This document shows, one piece after another, positions 48,824 to 58,926 of a DNA stretch of 64,000 nt. Location: the NCBI GenBank assembly GCA_022767515.1, contig JALENK010000009.1, positions 15,423 through 79,422 of the forward strand, written 5' to 3'. Made by a program: the position numbers and the translations under genes. The notes beneath the pieces are model-generated. The model ran no database searches. It saw nothing but the letters and a program-made list of their open reading frames with translations, and was not told the DNA's origin. The stretch's first letter is position 1; each line of letters starts with the position of its first letter. This DNA comes from Clostridium sp. Lineage in GTDB: Bacteria > Bacillota > Clostridia > Clostridiales > Clostridiaceae.

Positions 48824-50539
48824 ATGGCCTTTGATGGTGTATTTTTACATAACTTAATAAATGAAATTAGAGATAACTTAATTGATGGAAAAATTGATAA
48901 AATCAATCAACCAGAAAAAGATGAAATTATTATTACAGTCAGAAAAAATAGAATTAATACAAAATTATTACTTTCATCTTCGCCTAACTTTCCAAGAATT
49001 CATTTCACAGAAATAAATAAAGAAAATCCTTTAAAAGCACCTATGTTTTTGATGGTACTTAGAAAGTATTTAATAGGTGGAAAAATAACTGATATCTATC
49101 AAAAGGATGCTGACAGAATAGCAGTAATAACGGTTGAAGCATCGGATGAACTAGGTTTTAATAGCGAATACTCTTTAATCGTTGAAATTATGGGTAGACA
49201 CTCAAATATTACTTTAGTTAGAAACCGAGATAATAAAATAATGGATTCAATAAAACACATATCTATGGATATGAATAGCTACAGAGTACTTTATCCTGGA
49301 ATAGAATATGTTTATCCACCAAAGAGTAATAAATTAAATCCTTATGATTTCACTATTGATGATTTAAATGATTATATTTCAAATAATAATATTGAATATG
49401 ATGAAAACTTTTTATTTAATACCTTTACTGGATTTTCAAAGCCACTATCAAAAAGTGTCTTTGTTAACTTAATAAAGGATGCAGAAAATAAAAATATGAC
49501 AATTTTAAATTTCTGCAAGAATATAGATAAAAATAATGAATATAAAATATATTTAAATAATGGAATATTTAAGGATTTCCATTCACAAAATATATATGAT
49601 GACTGTGAATTTACTCAATTTGACTCTCCATCATCTATGCTTGATAAATTCTACAGCACTAAGGATAAACAAGAAAGACTTATTAATAAATCTGCTAATC
49701 TTCAAAAGCTTATAAATACAAATATTGACCGCTGTAATAAAAAAGAGAAGATTTTAAATAATACTTTAAAGGATTGCACCAAAAAAGAAAGCTACAAAAT
49801 AAAAGGAGATTTATTAACATCTTTCATCTATATGATTAAACAAGGTGAAAGATCCATTACACTAAATAATTTCTACAGTGAAACAAATGAAGAAATAACT
49901 ATAAAACTAGATGAAGCTAAATCACCTTCTGAAAATATACAGTTCTACTATAAAAAGTATAATAAATTAAAAAAATCAGAAGAAATGGCACTTGAACAAT
50001 TAGAAAGCAATTCAGAAGAAATAAAATATCTTCAATCAGTATTAACTAGTTTAATAAATGTCGAGAACTATAATGAAATTGACGATATAAAAAAGGAACT
50101 TATTGAAACTGGCTACATAAAGTATAAAAAAACAACAAACAAAAAAGAAAAATCAAAAGAAAGTAAGCCATATCACTTCATTTCATCTACAGGAATTGAT
50201 ATTTATGTAGGTAAAAATAATATTCAAAATGATTATCTAAGTTTAAAATTTGCAAACAAAAATGATACCTGGCTTCACACAAAGGATATTCCAGGTTCTC
50301 ATGTTATAATAAAAAGCACTAATATTGATGATACAACTTTAGAAGAGGCTTCAATAATAGCTGCCTATTACAGTAAAAATAAAAATAACTCAAAAGTTCC
50401 TGTTGACTATACTTTAGTCAAGAACCTAAGAAAGCCTAATGGTGCAAAGCCTGGAATGGTTATCTATTATACTAATAAAACCATTTTAGCTGACCCACAA
50501 AAATTTGAAACCTTAAATATAACTAAAGAAAGTAAATAA
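48824..50539 (+). CDS. rqcH: NFACT/FbpA family ribosome quality-control protein
   Basis: MAFDG, KINQP, FLMVLRKYL, EIMGRHSNI, VGKNNIQND, WLHTKDIPGSHV, VDYT, KPGMVIY. Confidence 0.93.
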   Translation: MAFDGVFLHNLINEIRDNLIDGKIDKINQPEKDEIIITVRKNRINTKLLLSSSPNFPRIHFTEINKENPLKAPMFLMVLRKYLIGGKITDIYQKDADRIAVITVEASDELGFNSEYSLIVEIMGRHSNITLVRNRDNKIMDSIKHISMDMNSYRVLYPGIEYVYPPKSNKLNPYDFTIDDLNDYISNNNIEYDENFLFNTFTGFSKPLSKSVFVNLIKDAENKNMTILNFCKNIDKNNEYKIYLNNGIFKDFHSQNIYDDCEFTQFDSPSSMLDKFYSTKDKQERLINKSANLQKLINTNIDRCNKKEKILNNTLKDCTKKESYKIKGDLLTSFIYMIKQGERSITLNNFYSETNEEITIKLDEAKSPSENIQFYYKKYNKLKKSEEMALEQLESNSEEIKYLQSVLTSLINVENYNEIDDIKKELIETGYIKYKKTTNKKEKSKESKPYHFISSTGIDIYVGKNNIQNDYLSLKFANKNDTWLHTKDIPGSHVIIKSTNIDDTTLEEASIIAAYYSKNKNNSKVPVDYTLVKNLRKPNGAKPGMVIYYTNKTILADPQKFETLNITKESK

Positions 50540-50540
50540 A

Positions 50541-50584
50541 AATTACCCTTTACTAAATAAAATCTAGTAAAGGGTAATTCTCTT
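50541..50584. terminator. Terminator between convergent genes
   Basis: 15-bp stem AATTACCCTTTACTA-N9-TAGTAAAGGGTAATT. Confidence 0.8.
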
Positions 50585-51753
50585 TATGAATTTCTGATTA
50601 TCTCTTGCAAAACAGTGTTTCCTTGATTCTTAATCAGATCATTTTTCATATACTGATAATAATAGCATTTTAATTTACCATTATATAGTTTTCTGTTCTT
50701 TTCAGCTTTCATATCTATTATCTTTTCAAACTGCTCATAAGAAGTTAATATATTAAATTCCCATTTATTATGCTGCTCCATGACTGATTTAAACTTCTTA
50801 TATAGCTTCTCTATCTCTTCTTTTTCTCCAAGTCTTTCACCGTAAGGAGGATTAGTTATAACAAATCCATACTCCTCACTTTCCTTAAAGTCTCTTGCGT
50901 CCCTTTTTTCAAATTGAATAAAATCTTTAACTCCAGCTTTATATGCATTATTTTCAGCAGTTCTTAATACCCATGTATCTATATCATATCCGTATAGCTT
51001 TAATGGATAATTCTTTTGAGCCCTTTTTGCTCCTTCCCTTACCTGCTTAAATATATAGTCTGGAATACTAGGCCAGCTTTCACAAGCAAATTCCCTATTT
51101 AATCCAGGTGCAATGTTATTCATTATCATAGCTGCTTCTATAAGTATTGTTCCAGAACCACAGAAAGGGTCTACAAGCTTATATTCCTTTTGATATCTTG
51201 ACTGAAGAACAATAGCAGCTGCTAATGTTTCTTTTAGTGGTGCAGCGCCAGAGTTTTCCCTATATCCTCTTTTATGAAGACCTTGTCCTGATGTATCAAT
51301 AGTTAGTGTAACCTTATCTTTAAGGATTGCTACCTCAATCTTATATACTGGACCATTTTCCTTAAACTCACTTATACCATAAGCTTCACTCATACTAGTA
51401 ATAATAGCCTTCTTAACTATTGACTGACAATCTGGAACGCTATGCAATAATGATTTTACTGATTTTCCTGTAACATGCATAACTCCATTTACTGGTATAA
51501 TTTTACTCCAATTTACCTTCTTAGTACCTTGAAATAATTCCTCAAAAGTTTTTGCCTCAAATTCAGCCATTTTAATAAGTACTCTATCTGCTGTTCTTAA
51601 ATGAATATTTGCTATTGCTATATCCATTTCATCTCCTGTAAAGCATACCTTACTTGTATCCGTCTTTACATCTTCATATCCTAAAGCCCTTAGCTCTTTT
51701 GCAAGTATACCCTCTAAACCAAATGTTGCTGTTGCAATCAAATTATACTCCAT
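50584..51753 (-). CDS. THUMP-domain rRNA methyltransferase (RlmL/YpsC-like)
   Basis: FGLE, LRTADRV, IDTSGQGLHKRGYR, APLKETLAAA, DPFCGSGT, NPPYGERL. Confidence 0.92.
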   Translation of the reverse strand: MEYNLIATATFGLEGILAKELRALGYEDVKTDTSKVCFTGDEMDIAIANIHLRTADRVLIKMAEFEAKTFEELFQGTKKVNWSKIIPVNGVMHVTGKSVKSLLHSVPDCQSIVKKAIITSMSEAYGISEFKENGPVYKIEVAILKDKVTLTIDTSGQGLHKRGYRENSGAAPLKETLAAAIVLQSRYQKEYKLVDPFCGSGTILIEAAMIMNNIAPGLNREFACESWPSIPDYIFKQVREGAKRAQKNYPLKLYGYDIDTWVLRTAENNAYKAGVKDFIQFEKRDARDFKESEEYGFVITNPPYGERLGEKEEIEKLYKKFKSVMEQHNKWEFNILTSYEQFEKIIDMKAEKNRKLYNGKLKCYYYQYMKNDLIKNQGNTVLQEIIRNS

Positions 51754-51769
51754 TTTCTCCTCCTATACT

Positions 51770-52300
51770 TTACTTTTCATATATTATAACAGAATCTTCA
51801 TTATCAACTTCACTTATATTAACCTTAATTATTTCATCTGCTGATGTAGGAATATTCTTACCTATATAATCTGCTCTTATTGGAAGCTCCTTATGCCCTC
51901 TATCTATTAAAACAGCAAGCTGTATTGACTTTGGTCTCCCATTATCAATTATTGCTTCCATTGCTGCCCTTACTGTCCTACAAGTAAAAAGAACATCATC
52001 AACAATTATTACTATCTTATCCTTAACATCAATATCTAACTTTATACCTTTTATCTTAGGAAACTCTTCACCAATATCATCTCTATATGGCGTTACATTT
52101 AAACTTCCAACCTTTAATTCTACTTTCTCGATTGACTCAATTTGCTTTGCAATTCTAAGTGCTAAAGGATACCCTCTGCGTTCCACTCCAATTAGAACTA
52201 CATCCTCAACTCCCTTATTTCTTTCAATTATTTCATGCGATATTCTAATTAAACTTCTTTTTATTGCTTTTTCATCTAAAAGACTAGCCTTTAATTTCAT
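51770..52300 (-). CDS. pyrR: PyrR regulator/uracil phosphoribosyltransferase
   Basis: [43 protein letters not shown]. Confidence 0.95.
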   Translation of the reverse strand: MKLKASLLDEKAIKRSLIRISHEIIERNKGVEDVVLIGVERRGYPLALRIAKQIESIEKVELKVGSLNVTPYRDDIGEEFPKIKGIKLDIDVKDKIVIIVDDVLFTCRTVRAAMEAIIDNGRPKSIQLAVLIDRGHKELPIRADYIGKNIPTSADEIIKVNISEVDNEDSVIIYEK

Positions 52301-53219
52301 ATCTGCCACCTACTTTTTCTTTCCTTAACCTTTCTAAAAAATCGCTATAATTCTTTGGTAATTCTGAAGTAAATTCCATGTACTCCTTAGTTCTTGGATG
52401 AATAAAACCAAGAGTTTTAGCATGTAAAAGCTGTCCATCAGAATTATATTTAGACTTTTTAAATCCATAAGTCATATCTCCAACAAGCGGATGCCCAAGT
52501 GATGCCATATGTACTCTTATTTGGTGTGTTCTACCTGTTTCTAATATGCACTTCACAAGTGTTGCACTCTTAAATCTCTCAATAACTTCATAATGAGTAA
52601 CTGCTCTCTTTCCACCTTCAACTATAGCTACCTTTAATCTATTATTCTTACTTCTTCCAAGTGGTCTATCTACGGTTCCTGAATCCTTTGAAATTATGCC
52701 CTCAACTAATGCATAATATTCTCTTTTCATTGAATGTTCTTTTAATTGCTCAGATAAAAATACATGTGCTTCATCATTTTTAGCTACTACCAAAATTCCA
52801 GTAGTATCCTTATCTATTCTATGAACAATTCCTGGTCTTATTACTCCATTAATTGATGATAAATCCTTACAATGATACAATAATGCATTTACTAATGTCT
52901 TAGAATAATTTCCTGGTGCTGGATGTACCACCATTGATTTAGGCTTATTCACTACTATAATATCGGAATCCTCATATACTATATCAAGCGGTATATTTTC
53001 AGGTTCCAATGCTAAAAGCTCCGGCTCTGGTATATTAACCTCCACCACATCATTATTTTTTAATTTATAATTACTTTTTATACATTTATCATTAACCTTA
53101 ACATTACCACTTTCAATCAATCCTTGTATATTAGAACGAGATTTTTCACTATATATTTCATTTAAATACTTATCAATTCTAATTCCTGAATTTTGTTCTG
53201 ATATAAAAAAATTATCCAT
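52284..53219 (-). CDS. rluD: RluA/RluD-family pseudouridine synthase
   Basis: S4 [34 protein letters not shown]. Confidence 0.9.
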   Translation of the reverse strand: MDNFFISEQNSGIRIDKYLNEIYSEKSRSNIQGLIESGNVKVNDKCIKSNYKLKNNDVVEVNIPEPELLALEPENIPLDIVYEDSDIIVVNKPKSMVVHPAPGNYSKTLVNALLYHCKDLSSINGVIRPGIVHRIDKDTTGILVVAKNDEAHVFLSEQLKEHSMKREYYALVEGIISKDSGTVDRPLGRSKNNRLKVAIVEGGKRAVTHYEVIERFKSATLVKCILETGRTHQIRVHMASLGHPLVGDMTYGFKKSKYNSDGQLLHAKTLGFIHPRTKEYMEFTSELPKNYSDFLERLRKEKVGGRYEIKG

Positions 53220-53261
53220 TCATATACTCCTATCATTTCTAATAAACATATTATATCAAAT

Positions 53262-53298
53262 AAAAAAAAATAAAGCTATTGCAAAAAACTGCAATAGC
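53262..53298 (-). terminator. Terminator after divIVA
   Basis: GCTATTGCA-N6-TGCAATAGC plus T-rich tail on the minus strand. Confidence 0.7.
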
Positions 53299-53317
53299 CT
53301 ATATTAAAAATAATTAT

Positions 53318-54205
53318 TTATTCTTTACTTGCAAAAAAACTTCTGATTTCATCAATTTCATCTTGACCAATAGTATCTTCAATAACTTTTATACTATCAT
53401 CATTAAATACAATAGTATCTTGTTCTCTATCTTCTTGTACCTTTTGTTCTTCTTCAATAACATTTTCTTCTTGTACCTCTTCTTCAACATCTGGTACTGT
53501 AACATCATATTGTACTTCTTCTTTGATATCAGCTACCTCATTAGTATCTTGCTCTATATTATCAAAAGATATAGTTGCTACTTCTTCCTGAGCTATATCA
53601 ACTGTATCATAAGTATCGTCTTGATATGCTTCTTCAGAATATTCATCTACTACTTGTGTACTTTCATGTCTATCTGCAAAGTTTGGTACAGAATATACAT
53701 CATCTTCTTCAGCTTCATCAAGTGGTGTTGCTATTGAAAAAGATTTTGTAACATCCTTTTCTAAGTCGTTAAAAGTTTCAAGCTGAGTATTTATAAAGTT
53801 TCTGAATTTTGCTCTAAACTTAATAAACTCTTGCTTTACTGCTTCATATTCATCATTAATTTGCACTACATCTTTATGAGCCTTATCTAGTATCTTTTGA
53901 GCTGTTTCATTAGCATTTTTCACTAAAATTTCAGCTTCTTTTTCAGAAGACGTCTTAGCTTGATCAGCTGCATTTTGAGCTAATAATAATGTATTTTGAA
54001 TAGTGCTTTCAATCTTTGAATAATGATCAATTTTATCTAAGCTAACTGATAACTGCTCTTTTAATGATGCATTTTCTTTATATAAAGCTTCATAATTTTC
54101 AATTACTTCGTCTAAAAAGTCATCAACTTCTTCTGGACAATATCCTCTCATAATTTTTTTGAACTCTTTATTGTTAATATCCATTGGTGTAAGTGTTAAT
54201 TTCAT
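53318..54205 (-). CDS. divIVA: DivIVA with long acidic C-terminal tail
   Basis: LTPMDINNKEF...RGYCPEEVDDFLD, coiled coil, TLLLAQ. Confidence 0.92.
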   Translation of the reverse strand: MKLTLTPMDINNKEFKKIMRGYCPEEVDDFLDEVIENYEALYKENASLKEQLSVSLDKIDHYSKIESTIQNTLLLAQNAADQAKTSSEKEAEILVKNANETAQKILDKAHKDVVQINDEYEAVKQEFIKFRAKFRNFINTQLETFNDLEKDVTKSFSIATPLDEAEEDDVYSVPNFADRHESTQVVDEYSEEAYQDDTYDTVDIAQEEVATISFDNIEQDTNEVADIKEEVQYDVTVPDVEEEVQEENVIEEEQKVQEDREQDTIVFNDDSIKVIEDTIGQDEIDEIRSFFASKE

Positions 54206-54226
54206 AATATTTATTCACCTCTAAAA

Positions 54227-54994
54227 TTAAGTATATTTTTTTATTATTATTTTTACTTTACCACTTTTGCTATTTCCAACCACATCACCTATAATGTATT
54301 TTCCATACCCTCTAATTGTAATACAAGTATCAGATAGTACTTCAATACTCTTATCCTTTACTATTGCATATGAAACCAGTACCTTTCCTTGCTCTATTAA
54401 TTCTTGTGCCTTTGCCCTTGAAAGATGCGTGATTTTAGATACAACCGAATCTATTCTAAGTGATGGAACCAATATCAATTCTTCTTCAAACTCTACCTTT
54501 GGCATTGAAAATCTATCTAATACAACACTTACTAGACACTTTGCTCTTTTAACAACCTTTAAATTCATTAATATGAACTCTGTAATCTCTTCACATACTG
54601 GTACATAACATCTGTCACCTACTACTAATAAGTCACCCATTTTTTCTCGCTTTATACCAAGTGACAGCAAAGCTCCTAAATAATCTCTATGAACTAATTT
54701 TTGAAATTTTGATTTATTCTCAATAGTTATAATATCATAAGGATATTTTTGCTTGGAATAATTATTAAATGATATCATTCTTCTTTCTGCCATATCAAAT
54801 AATCCATCCGCTTCAACACAAAAATCCTTTGAATTAAATAACCTTAAAAATTCCTGCCAAATATTAGGTGTATAAAAAGAATTTCCAAATGTTACTATTC
54901 CTCTGTTATATGCAAATACATATTTATTGTAAAGACTAGAAACTAAGTTTTTCTCTTCAACATTAAACTGATTTAGTAGGTCTTTTTTTTGCAT
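54227..54994 (-). CDS. ylmH: YlmH S4-domain RNA-binding protein
   Basis: HRDYLGALLSLGIKREKMGD, SLRIDSVV, ITIRGYGK. Confidence 0.9.
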   Translation of the reverse strand: MQKKDLLNQFNVEEKNLVSSLYNKYVFAYNRGIVTFGNSFYTPNIWQEFLRLFNSKDFCVEADGLFDMAERRMISFNNYSKQKYPYDIITIENKSKFQKLVHRDYLGALLSLGIKREKMGDLLVVGDRCYVPVCEEITEFILMNLKVVKRAKCLVSVVLDRFSMPKVEFEEELILVPSLRIDSVVSKITHLSRAKAQELIEQGKVLVSYAIVKDKSIEVLSDTCITIRGYGKYIIGDVVGNSKSGKVKIIIKKYT

Positions 54995-54999
54995 AGATA

Positions 55000-55488
55000 T
55001 TATTTAGTCCATCCAAATAATGCCTTTGAAGTAACATCTTCCTTTACATCATTAGAAACATCTACACTTGATGGTGTTAATAAACAAACTCCTGCTTCTA
55101 TTTGTTGTAAATCTCCATTTAATACATAAGAAGCACCACTTACAAAATCTATTAGTCTTCTAGCAACTTTATTTTCTAATCCTGTAGTGTTTATTACAAC
55201 TATCTTACCATTCTTTAAAGCATCACATATATCAGGTGAATCATCAAAAGAAGTAGGTTTAATAATAGTTACCATTGTTGATGGTATTGCTACATTGGGT
55301 TGTAAGTTTATAACCTTACCAGTATTTCTTTTTTCTTTTGATTGAGGCACTTTAGGCATTTCAAATTTTTCTTCTACTTCTTCTTGTTCTGTGCTTTCTT
55401 CTTCATCCATTGATTCGTAATCGTCAAATTCTTCCTCATACTCCCCAATACCTAACATTGTTTTCATTTTTGTTAATACATTACTCAT
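55000..55488 (-). CDS. sepF: Cell division protein SepF
   Basis: KPTSFDD...ICDALK, RLIDFVSGASY, LLTPSSVDV. Confidence 0.93.
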   Translation of the reverse strand: MSNVLTKMKTMLGIGEYEEEFDDYESMDEEESTEQEEVEEKFEMPKVPQSKEKRNTGKVINLQPNVAIPSTMVTIIKPTSFDDSPDICDALKNGKIVVINTTGLENKVARRLIDFVSGASYVLNGDLQQIEAGVCLLTPSSVDVSNDVKEDVTSKALFGWTK

Positions 55489-56161
55489 TTATACTTCCTC
55501 CTAAATTATAATTTCTTGGACCAAAGATTCCCTCTCCTATCCTAATTAAATTCGAACCTTCTTCTATTGCAACTTTATAATCATGTGTCATCCCCATGGA
55601 TAAAATTTTCATATATATATTATTATACTTATTTTTTTGAAGCATATCAAATATTTTTTTTAATTCTTTAAAATACTTTCTGTTACTTTCATCTGTTCCC
55701 TTAGGTAATATAGTCATTAAGCCTTGAACCTTAACAAATTTACATTTCTCAATTTCATTGATAGCATCTTGTAACTCTTCAACTAAAAAGCCCCCTTTAG
55801 ACTCTTCTCTTCCAATATTTACTTGAATTAAAACATTTGCCACTTCATTGTGTTTACCAAAATCCTTTTCTATTTGTGCTAAAAGCTTTAAACTAGACAA
55901 TGAATGAATAAGCTCTACCTTTCCCACAAGATATTTAACTTTATTGGTTTGTAAATTACCAATCATATGCCATCTAACATCTTTATGAAATTCTTCACTT
56001 TTCCTTACAATTTCCTGAACCTTATTTTCTCCAAAATCTCTTAATCCACAACTGTAAGCTTCCTCCATTTCTTCAATACTCTTTGTTTTTGATACTGCTA
56101 AAAGCTTAACATCCTTAGGTATTTCATTTAATACTTTATTAATATTATCACAAATACTCAT
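55481..56161 (-). CDS. yggS: YggS/PLP homeostasis protein
   Basis: LLAVSKT, FGENKVQE, WHMIGNLQTNK, GLMT, LSMGMTHDY, RIGEGIFG. Confidence 0.93.
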   Translation of the reverse strand: MSICDNINKVLNEIPKDVKLLAVSKTKSIEEMEEAYSCGLRDFGENKVQEIVRKSEEFHKDVRWHMIGNLQTNKVKYLVGKVELIHSLSSLKLLAQIEKDFGKHNEVANVLIQVNIGREESKGGFLVEELQDAINEIEKCKFVKVQGLMTILPKGTDESNRKYFKELKKIFDMLQKNKYNNIYMKILSMGMTHDYKVAIEEGSNLIRIGEGIFGPRNYNLGGSINE

Positions 56162-56179
56162 AATTTTCCTCCTTAATTT

Positions 56180-56920
56180 CTATTTTCCTTCATATTGCTT
56201 TGCAAAAGAAAAACTTTGACTCTCATATGCCTTTAAAACTATTTCTTCTTTTTTCTCAACACTTACTTCTAAACCTCTATACATTAGTTTTTTTATGTAT
56301 CCACTATCATCAAGTGCCTGAATTTCAAGCATATCTGGATCTCCTATCACATAAAAATTGAATGTAGGATATTCTTCACTACCATCTTGAAACATAATAA
56401 ATGCCCAATAACATCTAATTCCAGTATTAGGTATTATTCTATGATTATTTAAAGCAATTGCTTCTGCCCCTGAATACTTTAAATAGTTAATTACATTTTC
56501 AATATCTTGGTCATGTAATATTTTATTTTTCCTATCTATTGCTGTATCATTCTCATTAGTAGCACCATCATTTATTCTAACAACTATTCCTGGTCCCTTT
56601 ACTTCATTTATACCAGTTATCATTCCATATTCTTTAAGCAATAATTTCATATCATTAACTAATATTTCGCTTTTTTTATCATCAGCTTCTGACCTATCAT
56701 AACTAGCAATCTTTTGTTTCAATTCTATATTTTCTTCAGAAAGTTGACTTATTTGTTTTCTAAGTGCATTCCTTTCATCTTGCATATTTTTATATTCATT
56801 GGCATTCATAGTCTTTATTGTTGACTCTTTATCACTGACATTTACTATAATCAAATAACCAACTAATATTGAAGCAATTAAAATAGTAAAACTATATTTT
56901 TTTATCTTCACTAGCTTCAC
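56180..56920 (-). CDS. DUF881 family protein
   Basis: TM, coiled coil, VKGPGI, LHDQDI, GAEAIALNNHRI. Confidence 0.85.
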   Translation of the reverse strand: MKLVKIKKYSFTILIASILVGYLIIVNVSDKESTIKTMNANEYKNMQDERNALRKQISQLSEENIELKQKIASYDRSEADDKKSEILVNDMKLLLKEYGMITGINEVKGPGIVVRINDGATNENDTAIDRKNKILHDQDIENVINYLKYSGAEAIALNNHRIIPNTGIRCYWAFIMFQDGSEEYPTFNFYVIGDPDMLEIQALDDSGYIKKLMYRGLEVSVEKKEEIVLKAYESQSFSFAKQYEGK

Positions 56921-57263
56921 CTCTATGCCTTTTTCTTATATTGGCTATAATTAATCTTCTAATTTCTGCAAAATTATTAAATATTCTTTCTCCAAACACT
57001 ATTACTGCTGCCATATACATTGGAATACCCAATTTATCACCTAAATAAGCAAGTGCCACAGCAAGTATAGAGTTTCCAAAAAAACCTAGGACAAAAATAT
57101 CTGTATGATATGTTTTACTTAAATTAGCTTTTATAGCTCCAAAAACCGAATCAAGACATGCAAGAATAGCAACTGATAAATAAGGTGCTAATGAACTAGG
57201 TAAATTCACATCAAAAACAAAACCAATAATTACTCCTATTAATAATCCTATTGTTGCAATCAT
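56892..57263 (-). CDS. Small basic family protein (DUF1290)
   Basis: YLSVAILACLDSVFG, GFFGN, LGDKLG, RIFNNFAEIRR. Confidence 0.88.
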   Translation of the reverse strand: MIATIGLLIGVIIGFVFDVNLPSSLAPYLSVAILACLDSVFGAIKANLSKTYHTDIFVLGFFGNSILAVALAYLGDKLGIPMYMAAVIVFGERIFNNFAEIRRLIIANIRKRHRGEASEDKKI

Positions 57264-58003
57264 TTATTTTCCTCCACTTGTTCCTTTTCTTCAACATTTG
57301 TTAGATAATCATTACGCAAAGCTTGTGTAGTCTTTTCTATTACAATATCATCTTCTTCACTAACATTAACATTATAATATGAATAATTTCCATAATTGAA
57401 TGATTGAAATTCAAGTCCAACCTTCATTTTAGTTGTATCTCCAATTGCAAGAATTTCAATTGGTTCTATCGGATTAACCTTACCTACAGCTCCAATCCAA
57501 ATACTATTTCCAGATACTTTAACTCCAGTTTGAGGTGTAATCCTATACCCATTTATAGAAATTGCCTCTGCCTTTGAAAACCATAATGTATTTATTAAAT
57601 CTACGATATCTGTATCATTTAATATACCAGTACTCTCTAATGAATTATCAAACATAGTAGATTTTAATGAAATATTAATTTTAATTCCAGGACCTGTGAC
57701 AGGCAATATTCCAAGCTGCATTCTTGCTATATCTAATTGCTTCTTAGTTTCTAATTCAACCTTACCCTCTTCGACTGCACTTATTTCAAGTTCTTTTAAT
57801 CTTTTATTTAATTCCACATTACTTCTTGATAATTCTTCTTTTTCTTTTCTTAATGCTTCTACTTCACTGGAAATTTCAATTCCACTATAATCTACATTGT
57901 TATTTGTCTCACTAATTGATAATTGTTTAAATTGATATGCTAATAAAAAACCCAAAATAGCACAGACCAATGCAACATAAATTTGTGATGACTGCTTTTT
58001 CAT
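57260..58003 (-). CDS. DUF881 family protein
   Basis: GFLLAYQF, VTGPGI, AEAISINGYRI, I.AIGD. Confidence 0.85.
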   Translation of the reverse strand: MKKQSSQIYVALVCAILGFLLAYQFKQLSISETNNNVDYSGIEISSEVEALRKEKEELSRSNVELNKRLKELEISAVEEGKVELETKKQLDIARMQLGILPVTGPGIKINISLKSTMFDNSLESTGILNDTDIVDLINTLWFSKAEAISINGYRITPQTGVKVSGNSIWIGAVGKVNPIEPIEILAIGDTTKMKVGLEFQSFNYGNYSYYNVNVSEEDDIVIEKTTQALRNDYLTNVEEKEQVEENK

Positions 58004-58017
58004 CTCTAGCCTCCTGT

Positions 58018-58767
58018 TTATTTAAAATCTGGTGTTCCTTCAAACCCAACCTTAATATAACTTGTTACTCTACCACTTTTATATATTTGTATAGCATCAC
58101 TCATCTTTTTTCTTATATCCTGGTCATTTCCTAAATATACTTTTATATTACCTAATCCAACCTGTATATCGGATAAATTGGTCAAATCTAAGCTAGTAAT
58201 TTTGAAATTTTCGTTATTTTCTATAATCTTTTCCTGCTCTCTATAAAATTCATCAAGCAAACTAGATACTCTTGTATCATCAGAAATAATATCTCCTAAT
58301 TCCTTATCCTCTGTATTAAATCCTTTTAATTCTACTAAATTGTTATTTTCAAGTTCATCAACTCTCTCAAGTAATACTAATTTATCACTAATTATACTAT
58401 ATGTAGAAACGTCCTCTGATTGATAATATAATCCTTTTGCCTCTTTTATTTCTATAGTTAATGTTTTGGGTAAATTTCTTGTAATTTCAACATCACTTAC
58501 ATATGGATTCTTCATGATTATATTTTTAATTTCATCCTTGCTTATTAAAAGTATATTATTCCCAATAAGATAATCTGTCTTTTGCTCAACAAATTTTCCC
58601 GTTATTATTGTATCTCCTGTTATTTCTATATTACTTATAGAAAATATACCCGATTTCCAAACTACTAAAACTAATATTATAATAAATAAAATTGTCAAAT
58701 AAATTGTTCTTTTTATCATTCTTTTTTTTCTGGCTTTTTGAATATATACATTATTACTTTTACTCAT
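58018..58767 (-). CDS. ftsQ: Cell division protein FtsQ/DivIB
   Basis: Basic N-terminus, one TM, POTRA features (FSISNIEITG, NPYV...LPKTLTIEIKE). Confidence 0.85.
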   Translation of the reverse strand: MSKSNNVYIQKARKKRMIKRTIYLTILFIIILVLVVWKSGIFSISNIEITGDTIITGKFVEQKTDYLIGNNILLISKDEIKNIIMKNPYVSDVEITRNLPKTLTIEIKEAKGLYYQSEDVSTYSIISDKLVLLERVDELENNNLVELKGFNTEDKELGDIISDDTRVSSLLDEFYREQEKIIENNENFKITSLDLTNLSDIQVGLGNIKVYLGNDQDIRKKMSDAIQIYKSGRVTSYIKVGFEGTPDFK

Positions 58768-58857
58768 AAAAAACTCCAAATTCTATATAATATAATAATA
58801 TTACCACTTAACTCTTCATATTTCACTATATTAATTATTATTTTTTTATTAACAATA

Positions 58858-58913
58858 TAAAAAGCAGTAAGTAGTCGAATTACTAAAATAATCTCAGTTA
58901 CTCACTGCTCTTT
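58858..58913 (-). terminator. Long imperfect hairpin terminator after ftsW
   Basis: AGCAGTGAGTA...TACTTACTGCT basal stem (11 bp with one G-U), an extended upper stem, then a T-run. Confidence 0.6.
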
Positions 58914-58926
58914 ATAAACAATTTAT

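Noticed and set aside
51754-52310. PyrR attenuator or pyr operon
   Set aside because: pyrR overlaps rluD and is followed within 16 nt by the methyltransferase. No room or motif for a PyrR-binding loop was seen.
53279-53737. 152-aa + strand ORF
   Set aside because: Antisense to the acidic DivIVA tail, with F/I/Y-rich shadow composition.
58858-58913. Long hairpin as a novel ncRNA
   Set aside because: Its position right after the ftsW stop and its U tract are adequately explained by an intrinsic terminator.
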